Shown: in pieces, positions 12,901-28,139 of the stretch | Layout of the letters: the number at the start of each line of letters is the position of its first letter | Position numbering within the stretch: position 1 is the first letter of the stretch | Assembly (NCBI GenBank): GCA_051362555.1 | Contig: CM120643.1 | Coordinates: 24,122,848 to 24,186,847 of the forward strand | DNA length: 64,000 nt | Reading direction: 5' to 3' | Source of the DNA: Lingula anatina | Lineage: Eukaryota > Animalia > Brachiopoda | The notes under the pieces: generated by a model | What the model saw: the letters and a program-made list of their open reading frames with translations, nothing else | What the model was told of the DNA's origin: nothing | Databases searched by the model: none | Made by a program: the position numbers and the translations under genes

Positions 12901-15302
12901 AAACTGACATCCACATGTTGCCAGTGAGTTTTGATCAATTTAACTGTAAAACTGAGAGTTAAGATTTATGACTGAGGTGAACGGGATCTGGCTGGCTGAA
13001 AATTACCCGACAAATTAGATGTGGTAAGGAAGACAAAGCGTATAGTTTTCAAAACTTGTGCAGTACGCTCTGCCTGCATGAATTTGGAAAATAAGGCAAA
13101 AAGAAAGAAGGGAAGTAAAAAGAAAGAAAAAGAAACAAAAAAAAAAGAAACAAACAAACAAGGAAAAAGGGAGAAACAGTAAAGGAATGAGCAACGAATA
13201 TTCTTAGAAATCAAAAACGATCTCCATAGAAAAGAGAAAGAACGAAAGGAAGCAAAAGAGATAAATAAATGTTCAGAGATATGAACACGATCCATTCAAA
13301 ACCCAAATTATAAAATGAAAGTGAAAGAATGAAAAAAAAAAGCTTTATATGGTGGCAATTAAGTCCACTGTCTGTGTAATTTTATTGACCATGCAATATA
13401 CAATTTTTTCAAAAGGTCAGTGACTTATTGCCCAAGTTTCTAACCTGACACAGGCTATCCAGGGGCGGATCCAGGATTATTTGAAGGGGGCGGGAGGTCC
13501 GCGGATGCGTGGGGTTGGGGGCCTCCAAAATTTTGGTAATTTGGAGGGCGAACGGTGCCATTTGGTGCGGTTTAGGACTATGATTCAGTTCGTCACAATT
13601 CTAATTACAAGATGGGACCAGATATCGAAGGGCGGGGGTGGGGGTGGGGGTCAGGACTCCCCTGACCCCCCTCTAAATCCGCCACTGCTGTGTTCCTCAT
13701 TTTTTAAAAAGTATTACCGGTACGTGCCCTCCTGTCTTATAAGTGTGTACATGCAGAGGTTGAAAAACATAACGAAGCTGGCACACATTACACTTGAACC
13801 TTAAGTTAGACTATATTGTTAATTTATAATGATGAAAGCTAGTAAATATAGCATGAGGGTATTTTACGGCAATTTTATCATTCACCTCTCATTATGACGT
13901 AATTTGCCTCATTAACCTCAATCTGACTATTGGTCGTTAAATGATGGATTATCACATACGCAACATTTGAGATGACTTTTAACAAAATAATGTTGACGCT
14001 TATTCCGTTAAGTATATAGATACTTCGATTGTGAATCTTGACTTAAATATATGGTTTGTAGTGCATCATAGGCTTCCCTTACAGAGTCCTAGCTGTGACA
14101 GCAAAAATAAACTCTAGCTACAAAAATTTGTTTTATATTGCTGCATGATAAATATATGATAGCTCAATTTTGATAAGTTAATGAAATAGGGCACAGCAGC
14201 TTTTGATATAACCTCTTATTTTTCTCTCTCCCCCCCCCCCCCCCCGCCACAAAAAAAAAAAAATAATAACATAAAACATAAAACAAGCAAAAGAAGACCA
14301 AAAATCCAAAAAATTGTACCATCCTAGTGTCTTTTATATCATACTAAAATTGCACTCGCCTAGTGTATTATATTTTAAATTATTTCTTACCCTTTTGCCC
14401 CAATCCCCCCTCCCCGCCAACCTCCCCAGCAAAACACTCGATCCAACAATGGTTATGCCTATTATATTCAAATTATATAATGACTTAGCCTATCATTTGG
14501 ATTAATCAATTATTTAAAATAGAGGCAACAAAACGTCATCATTTTCTATTTGATTTTTAATATTTGATATCTGGCAAAAAACTGACCTTTGCAGTTACGA
14601 AATATTGAAAGATGTGTTATATATTTCAAAAATTAACATCATTTCATGTCAAAAATGCAAAAAAAAAAAATGAAAATTATAACAGAATGATTCCTATATC
14701 TTAGCAAAATTTGCTACGAAAGAAAATCTAAAACTGACAAAAGTTTTCTCACCGTTGGCTCCCAGCTCAACAGACTGTAATCAACTGATATGAAATTATT
14801 TTCAGGTATCTGGCAAAACCAATCTAATTTCAAAGCATTGGAAAAAAAGCTTCAAAGTAAAGGCAAATTTCAATCCTGATATTTCCACATTGTAGTTATT
14901 TGATTTCCCTGGCCGCCAGCTGAGAAAAAGGAAAAAAAATGAAGTAAAATTGGTAGAGCCAAACCTTTCACACCTGTTTAAACTAGTGAAAAACATAAGT
15001 AATCTGACTCATACTTGGTAGCAACATAGCTTAAAGCAATCAGCGGCATTTAGAGGCAGCATAGCCACATCATCTTTCAGTTGAAAAAATGTCCATAAAT
15101 TACTTCATCTTCTAATAAGCACTGAAATCATGGCAGAATTTTTTTTTTCATCAGTTACTCCATTTTTCTTATAGTCACAAAGTTCTAGACAGTATACAAT
15201 ATATACCGAGGTAAATGGAGCCTATGTTCATCTAATATTTCTCCATATTTATTCCACTTTAAAGATGGCTACCAATGGAGTTGTTTAATTGGATGTTTTT
15301 AT

Positions 15303-15340
<38 letters not shown>

Positions 15341-18300
15341 AGGGGGGGGAGGGTCTTAACTTCTTTGTCATTTAAACTCTTTAGTATATGAGTTTAAGAG
15401 CCATGGGCTCTTAAAAGAGTATTTTCTTTTAGGTGTTTGTTTCTAAATACCTTTCTTGGGTACTACTAAATGCTTTGCCACTTACTATGAACGTTATAAT
15501 ATATTGCATCATCGTCAGTGACAAAATACCGGTATGTTTCTATTTAAAGTAGCTGATTGCATAAATCCCCACCGATCAGCGTTCTAAATTCACACAAATC
15601 TAATTGAAAGTCCAGGCTGCTAACCAGTATTGGCAGTTTGATTATTCAATGATCAGAAATAGCTCTGATACAATGTATGAAGTTGGTAATTGGTAAAATG
15701 GTAAAAACTTATCAAATTTTTTTCTTCTAATTTTAACCTCACATTTTGATATCCGTCCATGAATTTTGGAATTATCAGGTATTCTTCAGTGCTAACCTGT
15801 ATTCTTGTACCTTACATGGTATATATTTAATGTAGTAATTATCACACCTGAGTGGCCATATGTATATGAAGATCCAGGTGTGTCATCACAGGTATTACCT
15901 GGAGTATTGATACACTTAAGGTCCGGATCATCTACCATCATTCATTAATATTCATGCCTGTTCATCTGTGTTTAATTTACCTTGAGGGCTTTATGTCTGC
16001 ATCCCTCATCTGTGGGCTCATTTCCAATGAAATTATCATTCAACATAGATCGATCCAACTTCATGTGGACTATCCCTGAATGCAACAAGATTAACACGCT
16101 TCTGGTGATTATACAAGAGGGTTCGAAACCAGGTGCAGCATGTTGATCTGACTGCATTCAGCAAAAAATCTCTGCAGAGTTGGATCGATCCACATGACAC
16201 TTTTACTGGAAATGAGCCCTGTGCCACATTTACACATGATACACTAGTTGTAGGGCATTAATGCTGTTGACTGATTATTTTCTTATTGATTCATAATTTT
16301 AAGACTCTCATGGCGATTGACCATTGACTGACCATCGGGCAGTTCTTCATGTAACCATAGAGTTGCAGTGCTGTTGATACCCAATACAAGTGTTATTAAT
16401 TTACGATTCCATCAGGAAGGGATCAGTTGAAAGGCATCAATAATTCAGGCTGTGATGTAAGACGGGGAAGAAAAACTTGCAGCCTATATTTCAAGAAGAA
16501 ATGCTATTCTAAAAAGCTTTGGCGCATGCAGATGGTATCGTTTGTTCTTGTTAAGCAAGTTTTGAGCTTTGAGTTGCGATCCTATATCTGAAGTCAAAAG
16601 ATAATGTATTTATACTGTAACAGGTGATGCCAGACATTAGTATGAACCAAGATTGGATTTTGTGCAATATTGGAGTCAAATGATCAAATGATATACAGGG
16701 ATATGCCAGAGTTTAATCAGTTACATGTAACAGGCAGTTTGGCATCAAGTTTTATTAAAATCAACTACAATATTAGATGCATTACAGAGAAGAGAGAACA
16801 TAACCAGAGAAAAAAAAATGAAAAAAAAATTGCAGAAATACTCAGCCCATTACTTCCAATTTATGAAGGGAGATCAGGCGAAAGTACATAAAACAATGTA
16901 CTACCATGTAAAATATTCCCAGGAAATAATTCAGCAACCATCTGGTCATCTGGGAAGATTGTATTGGGATTTGCAACCATGCTTTGGAAAGCAGCGGGGT
17001 TGTTGGCATTGATTCGAACAAGACTCGAGGTCCTTATGTTGGAAGTTAGCATCCCAGCAAATGGTTATGCCAGATTGGAAGGAGTTTTTTTTATCTCAGT
17101 ACACGGCCTTTCTTTTTATCCAAGTGCATCTATAGTAAACAGGTGTGAGGCAGACTTCTTGGCCATTCAATGCAAACAGTCTATTCTGGTCTGAAACAGT
17201 TGTATACTCTGCCGGAAAACATAGATGTTGGATACCACTACCACAACTAGGGAACCCCGCTGGAACCCAGCAGGAGGAGTAACTAACAGGCATTAAGATC
17301 AGAAGACTGATTTTTTGACTGCCCATGGTTTTATGGCAGCTGCCATTCCGTGACGAGTTGACTTTTCCAATGAACCAAGATTTTATGACATTGCAAAACT
17401 AATCTAGATTTGCAAATGGTGGAGATTCACGCATTCAAGGCAGTACATATTCAAAAAAAGTTTCATTATGAATCAGTTTTCTCTTTGAAAAAGATTATTT
17501 TCTGAATTTTTTAAAGTCAGGCAACCAGATAATTTTTTTCTGACTTAAGATAACAGTATTTCAGGTGGAGCTAAATAAAATGAAAAGGATTAGGTTATTG
17601 GCACAATAAAGTTGACATCGTACATGGACAGTGAATGAAAAATCCAGAAGATATCAACAAAAAATTGAAAACATTTGGACGTACTGTACATGGCCAATAT
17701 GTAACAAGCTGTTTGGTGAAAAGATGTGCTGTTATCAGAAATATGTGGTGTAAGTGACAGACCAGACATCTTATCAGTCTAATATAGCGCTGGACTCATT
17801 CCTGGAACAAGACCTAGCTGTGACTTACATAAGGATCTGTGGGCCTTTTTGTCATTCCAGGATTATTCTTAATACATATCTTAAGTAATACTTTTCTTGA
17901 TGGTTTATCCTGCAGTGATAAGTAGTGTGGTACTATCTTAAGAGTGTTCTAGAAGCCAGGAAGCAGTTGTGAGCAATGGGAAGTAAGTAAAAGTTTAAAG
18001 AAAAAACTGCATGTGTACAATAACTCCAGCCAGACTAAGTGCTTTATTGGGAACTTATGAAAGCATAGCATTCATTGGCAAATATATATATAATGAAAAC
18101 AGACAAACAAACCCAGCAGTGTTGGATATTTGATGAAAATGAAGAAGGGAAAAAGGACTTTGTAGAACAGTTTGCTGCTTTATCGAGAATCGGCCAAAGT
18201 ATGCAAAAACAAACAGACATATGACCAGTGTTATCAAATGCATTAAAACCAATACAAGCACCTGTGAACACACAGTGGTGGATTTCTGTATCTTCACAAC

Positions 18301-20969
18301 ATGGAACCAGCTGTAGGGAAGGTCATGACTTCAGATTTTGAAAAAAACAAAACAAATTGAATAAGATGCCTATAACTACCATGAGGTGTGGGACGTGTGA
18401 GAGGGAATTTATGTTTGACTTGCTTTAGCTCTCTCTCTCTCACTGAGTCAGCGGAGACCAGCTCAGTAACAGCAGATATCAAAGCTTATCCTGTGATTAG
18501 AGGTCTTAACCAGTTTGGCCAGATTGAAGCAGCAGAACAAGCAGAGCTTCTTCCCTTTTAGAAAGCTGAGGACTGTAACTTCTACTACTTACTCCATTGG
18601 GTTTATTGCCCTGCTACTGTTGTGGGATCTTGGTGGAACAGTAATGCAATTGTTACTCAGATATCAGGATCCAGACTTCTAGTCCATTTATTTAGAATAT
18701 TGAGAGAGTAGCTGTAACTTAGGCAGTATATGATAGGAGTTAAGACCTGTATACTCCAGGAACAGGATATATAAAACAGCATCAACTTTATAGGATTAAC
18801 AAGATATTAAAGCTAGGAAATTCAAAGAGACAGTGTCTCAGAGAGGCCAATTACTGTGTGGATATCCACTTGAAAGGTTGGTGTCCCCATTGGCTATCTT
18901 ACCACATACCAGTACAGTGAAGGAAACAGCCAGGATCCTGCCAGCTGCCATTTCTAGGATATTCATAGTTTTTGTGCAATGATTTCATGTCTGTCTATAA
19001 CTCTGTCAACTTTAAACAGAAAGGATTGTGTGCCTCAAAATATTGTTATTATTTAATTGATAATCAGTTTAACCATAGCCACACCTTAATGTATCGACCA
19101 TGCTGAACAAGCTCTGGAAGAGGATATTTTTTCTTTTGAGTTCATCTGTCTGTGACAAGTTATAGTTAATGGAAGACTAATACATAGTGACCATAAGTGC
19201 TGATCATGGTATGGCTTGTACAGGCAAGGTACTGACCATATCATTTACACAGTCTCTCTGATCCAGATGGACTTTCTTCCTTGTGGTTTTCATTTTATTT
19301 AAAAAAAAACAGTGCTTTGTCTTTCCATGCAACCTGTAAATGGCAATATTACACCAGATGAAACATACCAACAAGGAAAACTCAATGGATATTATACCAA
19401 AACTACAATAGCAAAACAGGAAAATCCAGCAAAAATGGAGACAGTATGTTACAAGTATGCTGAAAAAGCTTTTAAAAATTAATTTGCAAGGAGATGATTT
19501 CTATATATTGGCTAGAATCTTTCAGTGGTTAACATTTGTCTAGTGAAGAAAAAGTGAACTTTTTCATCACCAGGAAAGCTACCAACCTCCTGCATTAAAA
19601 GACAGAGCTGCCAGAAATCTCAACTTCATATTTTCCATGAAAATAATTTTACAAATTTATCACAATCCATGCAGTGATTTTTCTTAAATTTTACCATGTT
19701 CTCTCATTGGAGTTAAAATATCAAGCAAAATCAAATAGTAACATATGTTGGTGTATTTTGTTTTACCCATATATGTGGCAAAAATGGGTTCTTATGCTGA
19801 CAGACACCGTTTCACAACAACTGTTTGACTTTTAGCATATGACTTATTCGTGTAAACATGTGTATTTGGTTCAAGCCAGCAATTCATTTGAATGCAAACA
19901 TTGGAAGCACTGCTGGTTCTCAAATAACAGGAACATGGACATGATGTCCATTTTTTTCCCAACTTTCTGAAGTGAATAACAGTGTTACAGTGAACTACAC
20001 ACATGAATATTCAATTTGTTCATCTCTTTTGAAGCCATTTTAACTGAGGACTTGACTACAAGAAGTATTCTGAAGCACGGACATATTCAGTTGACTTGAT
20101 CTAATGCATTCCAAATTCAAGTTGGTGATAACACTCTATTTAATCATCGTCCGGTTAGTGCCCCTCAATGTAGGTAAGTACATCGTGGCTATCTTGTCCC
20201 TATCTAGACTACAGGAAATTAGAGGCAGATGCCAGAACTACTCAAGTCACATAATTAGCTGATAGCCATTTGCTTGAATTGTATGGAAGGTGAAAAGAAT
20301 AGAAATTACTTTAAGTATTCACATGGCTCATTTTTACAATAAAATCTTAGTTTTTTAAGGTTTTACAGGCTTAAGCTACACACAAAAATGATCTTTTTGA
20401 CATAAAGTCATCCAGAAACAACATTGTTTTAGAGAACATACTGTCAAATTGAATTTGTTTTATTCAAATTTGATATAAGTGATTAGTATTAAGTAAAAAT
20501 TATATTAAATATTGGCAGTCTGAACTTATTTGACAATTTTTTTCATGTAACAAACTGATTATTTATTTGTTGTTTTCATATATTTGTATCTGACAGTTAA
20601 AAAAGCACATGTCCAGTTACTAGTGTAGGCATAAATTGTAGAATTTTTCAGCCTGCACAAACTGTTACAAACTTCTTCAGATATTTAATCTAAATTCTCA
20701 GTTCACTTCACAGAAGCACAGAATGCAACAAGGTTTGTTACAAAAAATGTCCCTATTTCTGTAGAATTATAAATGATAAAATACTAGCAACAGGGGGTTA
20801 TAGGTTGAATATGCATGTTCTGGCTTCCATATGTTTTAAATGTGTTGGTCAACCTAACACATAGAGCACCCTCCCCTCTCTCTGAAGTCTTACTGGTTTA
20901 TGTTTGCATTAAGACCAGTGAATTGTGTATTCTAATCCAAGAATAAGTTGTATGCCCTCCACACATTTT

Positions 20970-21000
<31 letters not shown>

Positions 21001-22018
21001 GGAGAAAACTATGAGAAGCTGTGCTCTCACTTGTTCTCCACAGGCAACTGAAGTTCTTAATTTGTAGGTATTCAAAGATAAAAACTTGTCCATCAGTGTA
21101 TTTGGCAACAAACCAAAACTCTGTCTAGATATTTATTCTTAGTCATGATGCAAGAAGCGTAGAAAAGAAATCTAATTTATTGTATCTAATTTAAAAGAGA
21201 GAATTTCAAAAATTTCAGCTGGGTTACTTTAATTTTGAGATCAGTGTTCACTTTAAATGTAATGTGCATACCACGATTGTGCTATATGATAAAAAGTCAA
21301 TTTCTGTGCAAACTTTTTCATATTGGCAGTTAAAATCATTTTTTTTTTCAAAAAAATTTAAGCTTAAGTTAAAACACATTATTAACATATTAATGAAATA
21401 AAAATGCATACTTGCACATTAAGCAAGTAACTACGTCAAATTAATGCTGCAGAACTCAACAAAATGCCACCATTTAGTTTCAAATAGGTTACCTAAATGA
21501 AATACCAGTTTCATTACATCATTTTCCAAAAAACAATTTTTGCACAGATACTCTTGGATTTCTATCTGTGCTTTATATGCTGGAGAGAACATAAGAATCT
21601 CAAATTTACAACAAGAATTTAAACAAATCAGGATAGAAATATTAATGAAAAAAAATGCTACTTCACTTTTCTTTTTTGCTAATATCCAGTCTTTATATGA
21701 ATATATCTGTTGTATTCATATTACTGGCCAGCTATTATCTGACATCCTGACAATTGTGGTCTATTTACATGAGGGCTATCAATATTAATAGATATATAGC
21801 CACCTACTTGTACCTGCTCTGAAACTAGATTTCTTCAGCAAGAATTCTCATTCATTACCCACTCATCTTTCTGTTTTTTTTTTGACTATTTATTATTATT
21901 ATTCTTATTCTTATTATTAATATTATTATTATTATTATTATTACTGGTAGTATACTGTCCCTCACATCGGTGGTGATCATGTACCAATTGCAAGTGCCTG
22001 CTATGTTTTCTTGATGCA

Positions 22019-22056
<38 letters not shown>

Positions 22057-25000
22057 CTTCAGCTGATGATATACTAACAGCATCCAGGTTTCCTGCCCCC
22101 CACATTGGTGACTATGTACCCAGTGCCTGTTGGAACTTCACCTACGGCAACCAGCAAGGTTTACAAGAGTTCTACAGCCCAAACTTCCCCAATAACTACG
22201 ACAATGGCACCACATGTACACAAGTTTTAGCAGGTAATACTTAAAGTTTGCTTCAAAAATTTCTTTTTTTCCTTCTAGATATTTAGTTTATAATATTTCC
22301 AGCTTCATAAAATCAAATATGGAAATGGCCAGTGAAAAAGAGTTACACATTTATAAAAGAGTTATACCATGCTACAGAACACATTTCAAAAAGTAAAAGT
22401 AAAGTTTGGTTCTCACACATTGCACTCCATTTACAACAGATAAACACTATATCTGGCACATTTTGTGCTGTAATTGAGCCTGGGTGTAGATGATCTCAAC
22501 TCCCCAGGGAGGGCACTGGCAATACAGCTAATTGTTTTGTGATCATTAGGAAAACAGACAACCACATATTAGATCAATGTCAGATCTGAGTCACCCTATG
22601 AATGGAACAATTAAATCTATTATGTCTGTGTTAGCTAAGTGACATAGCAGTCACATCATTGACCAGGTCTGGTATTTATTGCCTTTCTCTCTAATCACCT
22701 GATTCACTTAAATGTATCCGTTAATTCACGAATGGCTGCTCAAAGGATATTCACTGCCAGCTAGGAACCCTGAGTTTTAAGGGCCACAGCAATAGTCCGA
22801 AGGTAAGGTTGATTAAAAAAACAATGAAAATGTTACCATTTTTTTGCCAAATGAACCTTCGTACTATCGAGATGCCCCTGAGTTTTAGGCAGTCAGTTTG
22901 CTCAGTCTACTCATTTACTGGCCTGTAGGCAGGGGGTTTTGGGTTTTTAATGAACCTAGACTTTCTTTTGGCTTGAAGAGCTCCATCCTAAATTTTAAAA
23001 AAACTGGGGAAAAAACATAAAATATCTGTTCAAATGTCATTTTTTTGGGGAAATATGAAACAATACCCTGTGGCATTTGTTTAAGTTATATATGCTGTTT
23101 GAAACTATACAATGTCATTTGGTCGGGTTTCTTGGCAAAGATTTGACATGTCAGCTCAGTTCAAATGCACTTTTAGTGGCTGAAATGGAAGGAGCATGTT
23201 CTTGCAAAGCAAACTTAATAAAACAACTCTGCATCATCCTGTTCCTAGATGTCATCAATCAAGACATTCTGATTCTTCACAGCATGGCAGGACACTTGGC
23301 ACTTTGAGAACTCTAAAACATTTTCAATAGTCTTACTCTTGGAAGTAGATGATTGAATTACCAGCTGTAATTGGTAATTATACGACATGCTAAGGAAATT
23401 CAAGTAATTCCTTTATTAGCCTGGTATCCAACCAACCACTTGTTGTAAAAATAAGTTAAATTGGCATCCAGGGTTTCAATGGTCATTGGAAACTTGTGGT
23501 AACATCTTATTCTTTTCAGTGGGGGAAATTGTGCATGTTACAAATACTATATTTTTCAAGTCAAAATTTCTCACAATAAGAACATTCCTACTACCATTAT
23601 ATGCAGTAATAGCAACACAAATGCCACAAAAAATATAATTTTTGTGATTATAATAAAACTATATGTATCTGACAGTTTGGCCATTGAAAAGACCAAGTAA
23701 TTACCATACCAGTCAATTATCAAAATGGCTCTGCCCTTTCCATAGCTGTCGATCCTTTATCCAGTGACCCCTGAACCACAGGGTGCTAACTTGAGAATTT
23801 CATGTAAATAGCTGCATAGCAGGTGGGTGCAATGTTCCAGCTACTGCCCAAAGTTATTTTTAAAAATGTTACCTAACAAGGTGCTTAATAAACATCCCTA
23901 ATGACTCCTTTAATTTTCAGTTTTTTGATGAATATCACCAATATGTAACAGATTCCATTATATATTTCATTTCATTTAAGCTCTTGATTAAGGATGACTG
24001 TGCCTTAAATTTAAACATAATCAATTAATCAAATATCCCTTCCTTACATAATATGCTATTGTATCTATGAAAATATTTGAAAGAAACTGCATGGTACATA
24101 AATCCACATTTGTTTCTTATTGGCAAAGGGTCTTAAAGGATACCATATCTTGAAATTTCAAAGTAAAATAATATGGAACGAGTGAGGCGTTAAACTTTTT
24201 TTAAATAATTACCATTGGTGCCTTTAAAGAAAATTTTGATCATCTCCTGAAGACCCAATTGACTCTTTATATCCACCCTTGAGAAACAGATATCTTCAGG
24301 TTTGTTCTTCCAGGCTGTTGAGAACGCACTAAAAGATACACATATGTTGTCAGGTCATAAGTGTGGATGAAAGAAAAACAATACACATCAACTGCAAATG
24401 AATCGGGTTTGACATTTTCTGATACCTTATCTCAGGTTCATGTCCTTTGAGAGATTAATTCTGAATAGGATGCATCTTAAACAGAAAGTAATGATCTCAC
24501 AAGCGAGAGAAGATCATCTTGGAAAAAAGCCCGGCAATGACATACGGGATAGCCAAAATATAAGCTTTTAGTTATTTTAAATATTTTCATTATAAAATTT
24601 TCCTATAAGAAAACCCTCAATTTCGTGACATTTTAAATATGTTGTATTTATGTATGTCATAAAATTCTTCATACTTACTATAAAACTTTAAAAAACACAC
24701 ACAGAGTCGGCAAAATGACCTTTATTTCCCATAATCTAGAACACTATAAGGAGAACAGACAAATTAAATAGTAATTAATTGGACCATAAAAAATTCAGCT
24801 ATTTCTGCAACAGAAAATGAAATATCCCACCACTTGCGACTGAGTTAAGATAATGAAAAGTCCCGAATATGGAAAGGAAAGGGTAGCAGGAGAGCAGAGC
24901 AGAATAGGCTTTAAACTAACAAAGTTGGTGTACTAACGCAAAATATTACGCATGTTACAGCTTGCTGCGCTAAACAAAGACTGCCCCAGGAGTGAAAATT

Positions 25001-27380
25001 TAATAGGCATATGAAACAAAGCTGAGTGACCATTGGCCACGCTACTGGATGTTTTTCATGTGGCCTAGTTACTTAGAGCTGATAGGACAAAAATTGTTTT
25101 TCACATGACTAGTAACTACCCTGGGAAACAAAGGCCAGCTGCAGGCACCTTCCCTGTGTGTGCTTTTAAATACTCCTTATTCTAAAGGGGCACGTCATAT
25201 TGTTTAAATTTTGAAAAAATTCTACAACTTGCATAAAATTAAAATGGGCTGCCAGAAGCCCATTTTATAGGCAGTTTTGCCTATGGTTTCTTTAGCTGAA
25301 TCACCACTAATGGTAAATCTAGATATTTTAAGGTCCAGTATCTGTAATCTGCCTGGTTTTTGCACAATCACTTTCTGAAGTTGGCATGTTGCAACAACAT
25401 TCAAAATATGCCATAATTCAATAATGCTTTGCACATGAGCATCAATTGACCTTCTCTGCTCTTTGCACACAAAATAAGTGACAGAGCTAGAAAGTTCAGA
25501 GAAGGAAAATATTTAGATTTGTTATGATATCCAGGTATACCACTGGATTGGAATCATGATTTCTTGTAACATCTCATGACTTTTCATCGTGCTTGGGTAT
25601 GTTCCAGCTTTGTCTGCCAGCCTGTTGATGTTTTTTTTCTGAATTTGTGAAACATGTATTTTTTTTATATATTTATATTGTACATATTCAAAATTGAATA
25701 TTTCTGAAATTAGTTTCCAAAAGATGCAACAAAAGTAACTAAAGAAATTGTCAATACCTAATATGATATTGTAATTTTGTTGTTTGGGGTATTGACATGA
25801 TAAAGTGAGGATTAATTAAGTGCTGTAATATCTGTATGCTATTTAAATTATGAAAGAGTTGGTTTTGACAACCCAAAGTTTTAAAAGTTGAATACAAAAC
25901 TCCAGGATCCATTAATAATTATTGATGTCACTTTTTAAAGTTAAACATAAAAGTTGAAAGATTTTTTTAGAAAAAAAAATGCAGATAAAGCAGGATGAAC
26001 GGAACATTTTATACAACCCAGAGAAGCAAGATGTAACAATTATAAATATAATAACACTACTCAGAAGAGTTTGTCTATGGAAGCCTCTGAAGCAGAGGAC
26101 ACAAACAAGAAATGATATGAATGGAAATGTTGTACAGAAGTGCAAGGACAAGGTTTCTTCCAAATACAAAAAAAAAAAAAAAAAAAAAAAAAATTATTCA
26201 AATTTGCCCAAGAACTGATGACTAATGTTTTTTCTGCTTCTCTCAGCTGTTCCAGTAATTGTTGTTTGACCAATCCCCATGCACCCCTCAGTTAAAGAGG
26301 ACCACCATACCCCAAGGAGTATTACCCAATGTAGGGAGATGCTCCATCAGTTGCCATAGTTGCCAACTGCAACTTGCTTTACCACATCATAATCAACATA
26401 TGAATTAGACCCCCTCTCCCTCTTTTTTTCTCTCTCTCCCAAGACCATTCCATACTTCATATTCCATCTACAGGCTACTGTAAATTCAGTGTTTCAATTA
26501 TCAATATATTTTAATGGTACACTATATATGGAGGCTTAGCATCACTTCACCCCTATCCAATTAAATATAACCCTTTTAATGCATATAATGTCTATCACCT
26601 GTCAGTATTGCTCATTTGATGCTTGTTTTATACAAAATACTTGTATTCAAGTGGTGCCTGGGGCCCAAAAGGTTGTTGCAGAAGAAATGTAGAAGCGAAT
26701 TTAGATAGCTCAATCTACAGAATTATGTATAACTGTTTAATCATATTTTATTTCACTCACTGACAGTTGTACTTCATAACAATTCAGTTGATAGACTTTC
26801 TGTATAATAATAAGAAGATCAATAAAAACAAATTATGCAATAACAACCTTACTGTAAGTATTATTAAATAATGAATGCTTTATTATAAATGAATGAATAA
26901 ATAAACAATATATCGACTGATTCTTGACAACATGTAGTCATTTTTTTTCTTTTTTCAGCCCCACCAGGCTTTGTCATCAAACTTGAATTTCAATTTTTTA
27001 AAATTGAGCCATCATACGACTGTGAATATGATTACCTTGAGATCCATGATGGACCATATGGGTACTCTCCTCTCATTGGACGATTCTGTGGTGCCAAGCC
27101 TCCACCATTGATTAAGTCCACATCCCAGTTTATGTGGATCCATTTTGAGACAGATGGTACCATCGAGTACAAGGGATTTCAGGCTGTGTATGAATTTGTA
27201 AACCAGCCAAACACAGGTACCAGATGTCCTTGTTGCCTAATGATTTTTTCTCCTTTCAAATTTTACAACTTTTGTACAGATCGCTCATTAAATTTTGCGA
27301 TTATACTTACATTTTATTTTTTTCAAACAAAAAGGTTGCCTGTTAGAAAAACATTACCAACAGATCTCAATATCATTTCA

Positions 27381-27435
<55 letters not shown>

Positions 27436-28103
27436 GGTATATTATATTCTTATATTCCATGGAGAACTGCATTGTTTACTTTCTTTAAATTCTCTTTAAA
27501 AAGGATGTGTGATGATTTCATTTCATTGTTTTGTTCTTTCAACTTATCAAGGTTAAGATCATTTAAATAGCCTTTAAGTTAGCAATACTTGGATAACTCT
27601 AGAAAACTCTCTTAGACATTTAAACATATCAAAATTTCTGCTTTTGTTTACCTTACAGCACCAAGACTAGACGCAGGCCATGTAGCATGTAAGCGTTATT
27701 TTATCTTTGTTTTTGAACACTAAATGAACCTAAATTATAAAAGTCCTTCTGCCATAAAAACTGGAAACAAGTAAAATATTAATATTCATTGTCCATGTAT
27801 ACACAGTACTGTATATGTATACAGGTGTGTATGCAATAAATTCTCCACCTTCATTTTATTTCTTCAAATTAATCAGTTTATTTATTCAAGTAATGGTTTG
27901 CTTTATACTTGATTGCCATATCACTCAACTGATCAATCAATTCATATATTCCGAATCCAAGTGAAGTACTAGCAGAATTAATGGAAACAAAAAGCCATGG
28001 ATCTCGATTTTTTTTCTCTGACAGTCAGCAGGTTTGACATAATGAATCTAAATCTGCAATCTACTGTGTGTGTGTGTGTGTTTGTGTGTATGTCTGCACA
28101 TGC

Positions 28104-28139
<36 letters not shown>

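Noticed and set aside
16110-16140. GGTTCGAAACC B-box-like motif
   Set aside because: No A-box or cloverleaf nearby, so a tRNA or SINE is not supported.
23989-24227. Possible Kolobok-like TTAA|AGG...CCT|TTAA ends
   Set aside because: The inverted match is too short and degenerate to support an element call.
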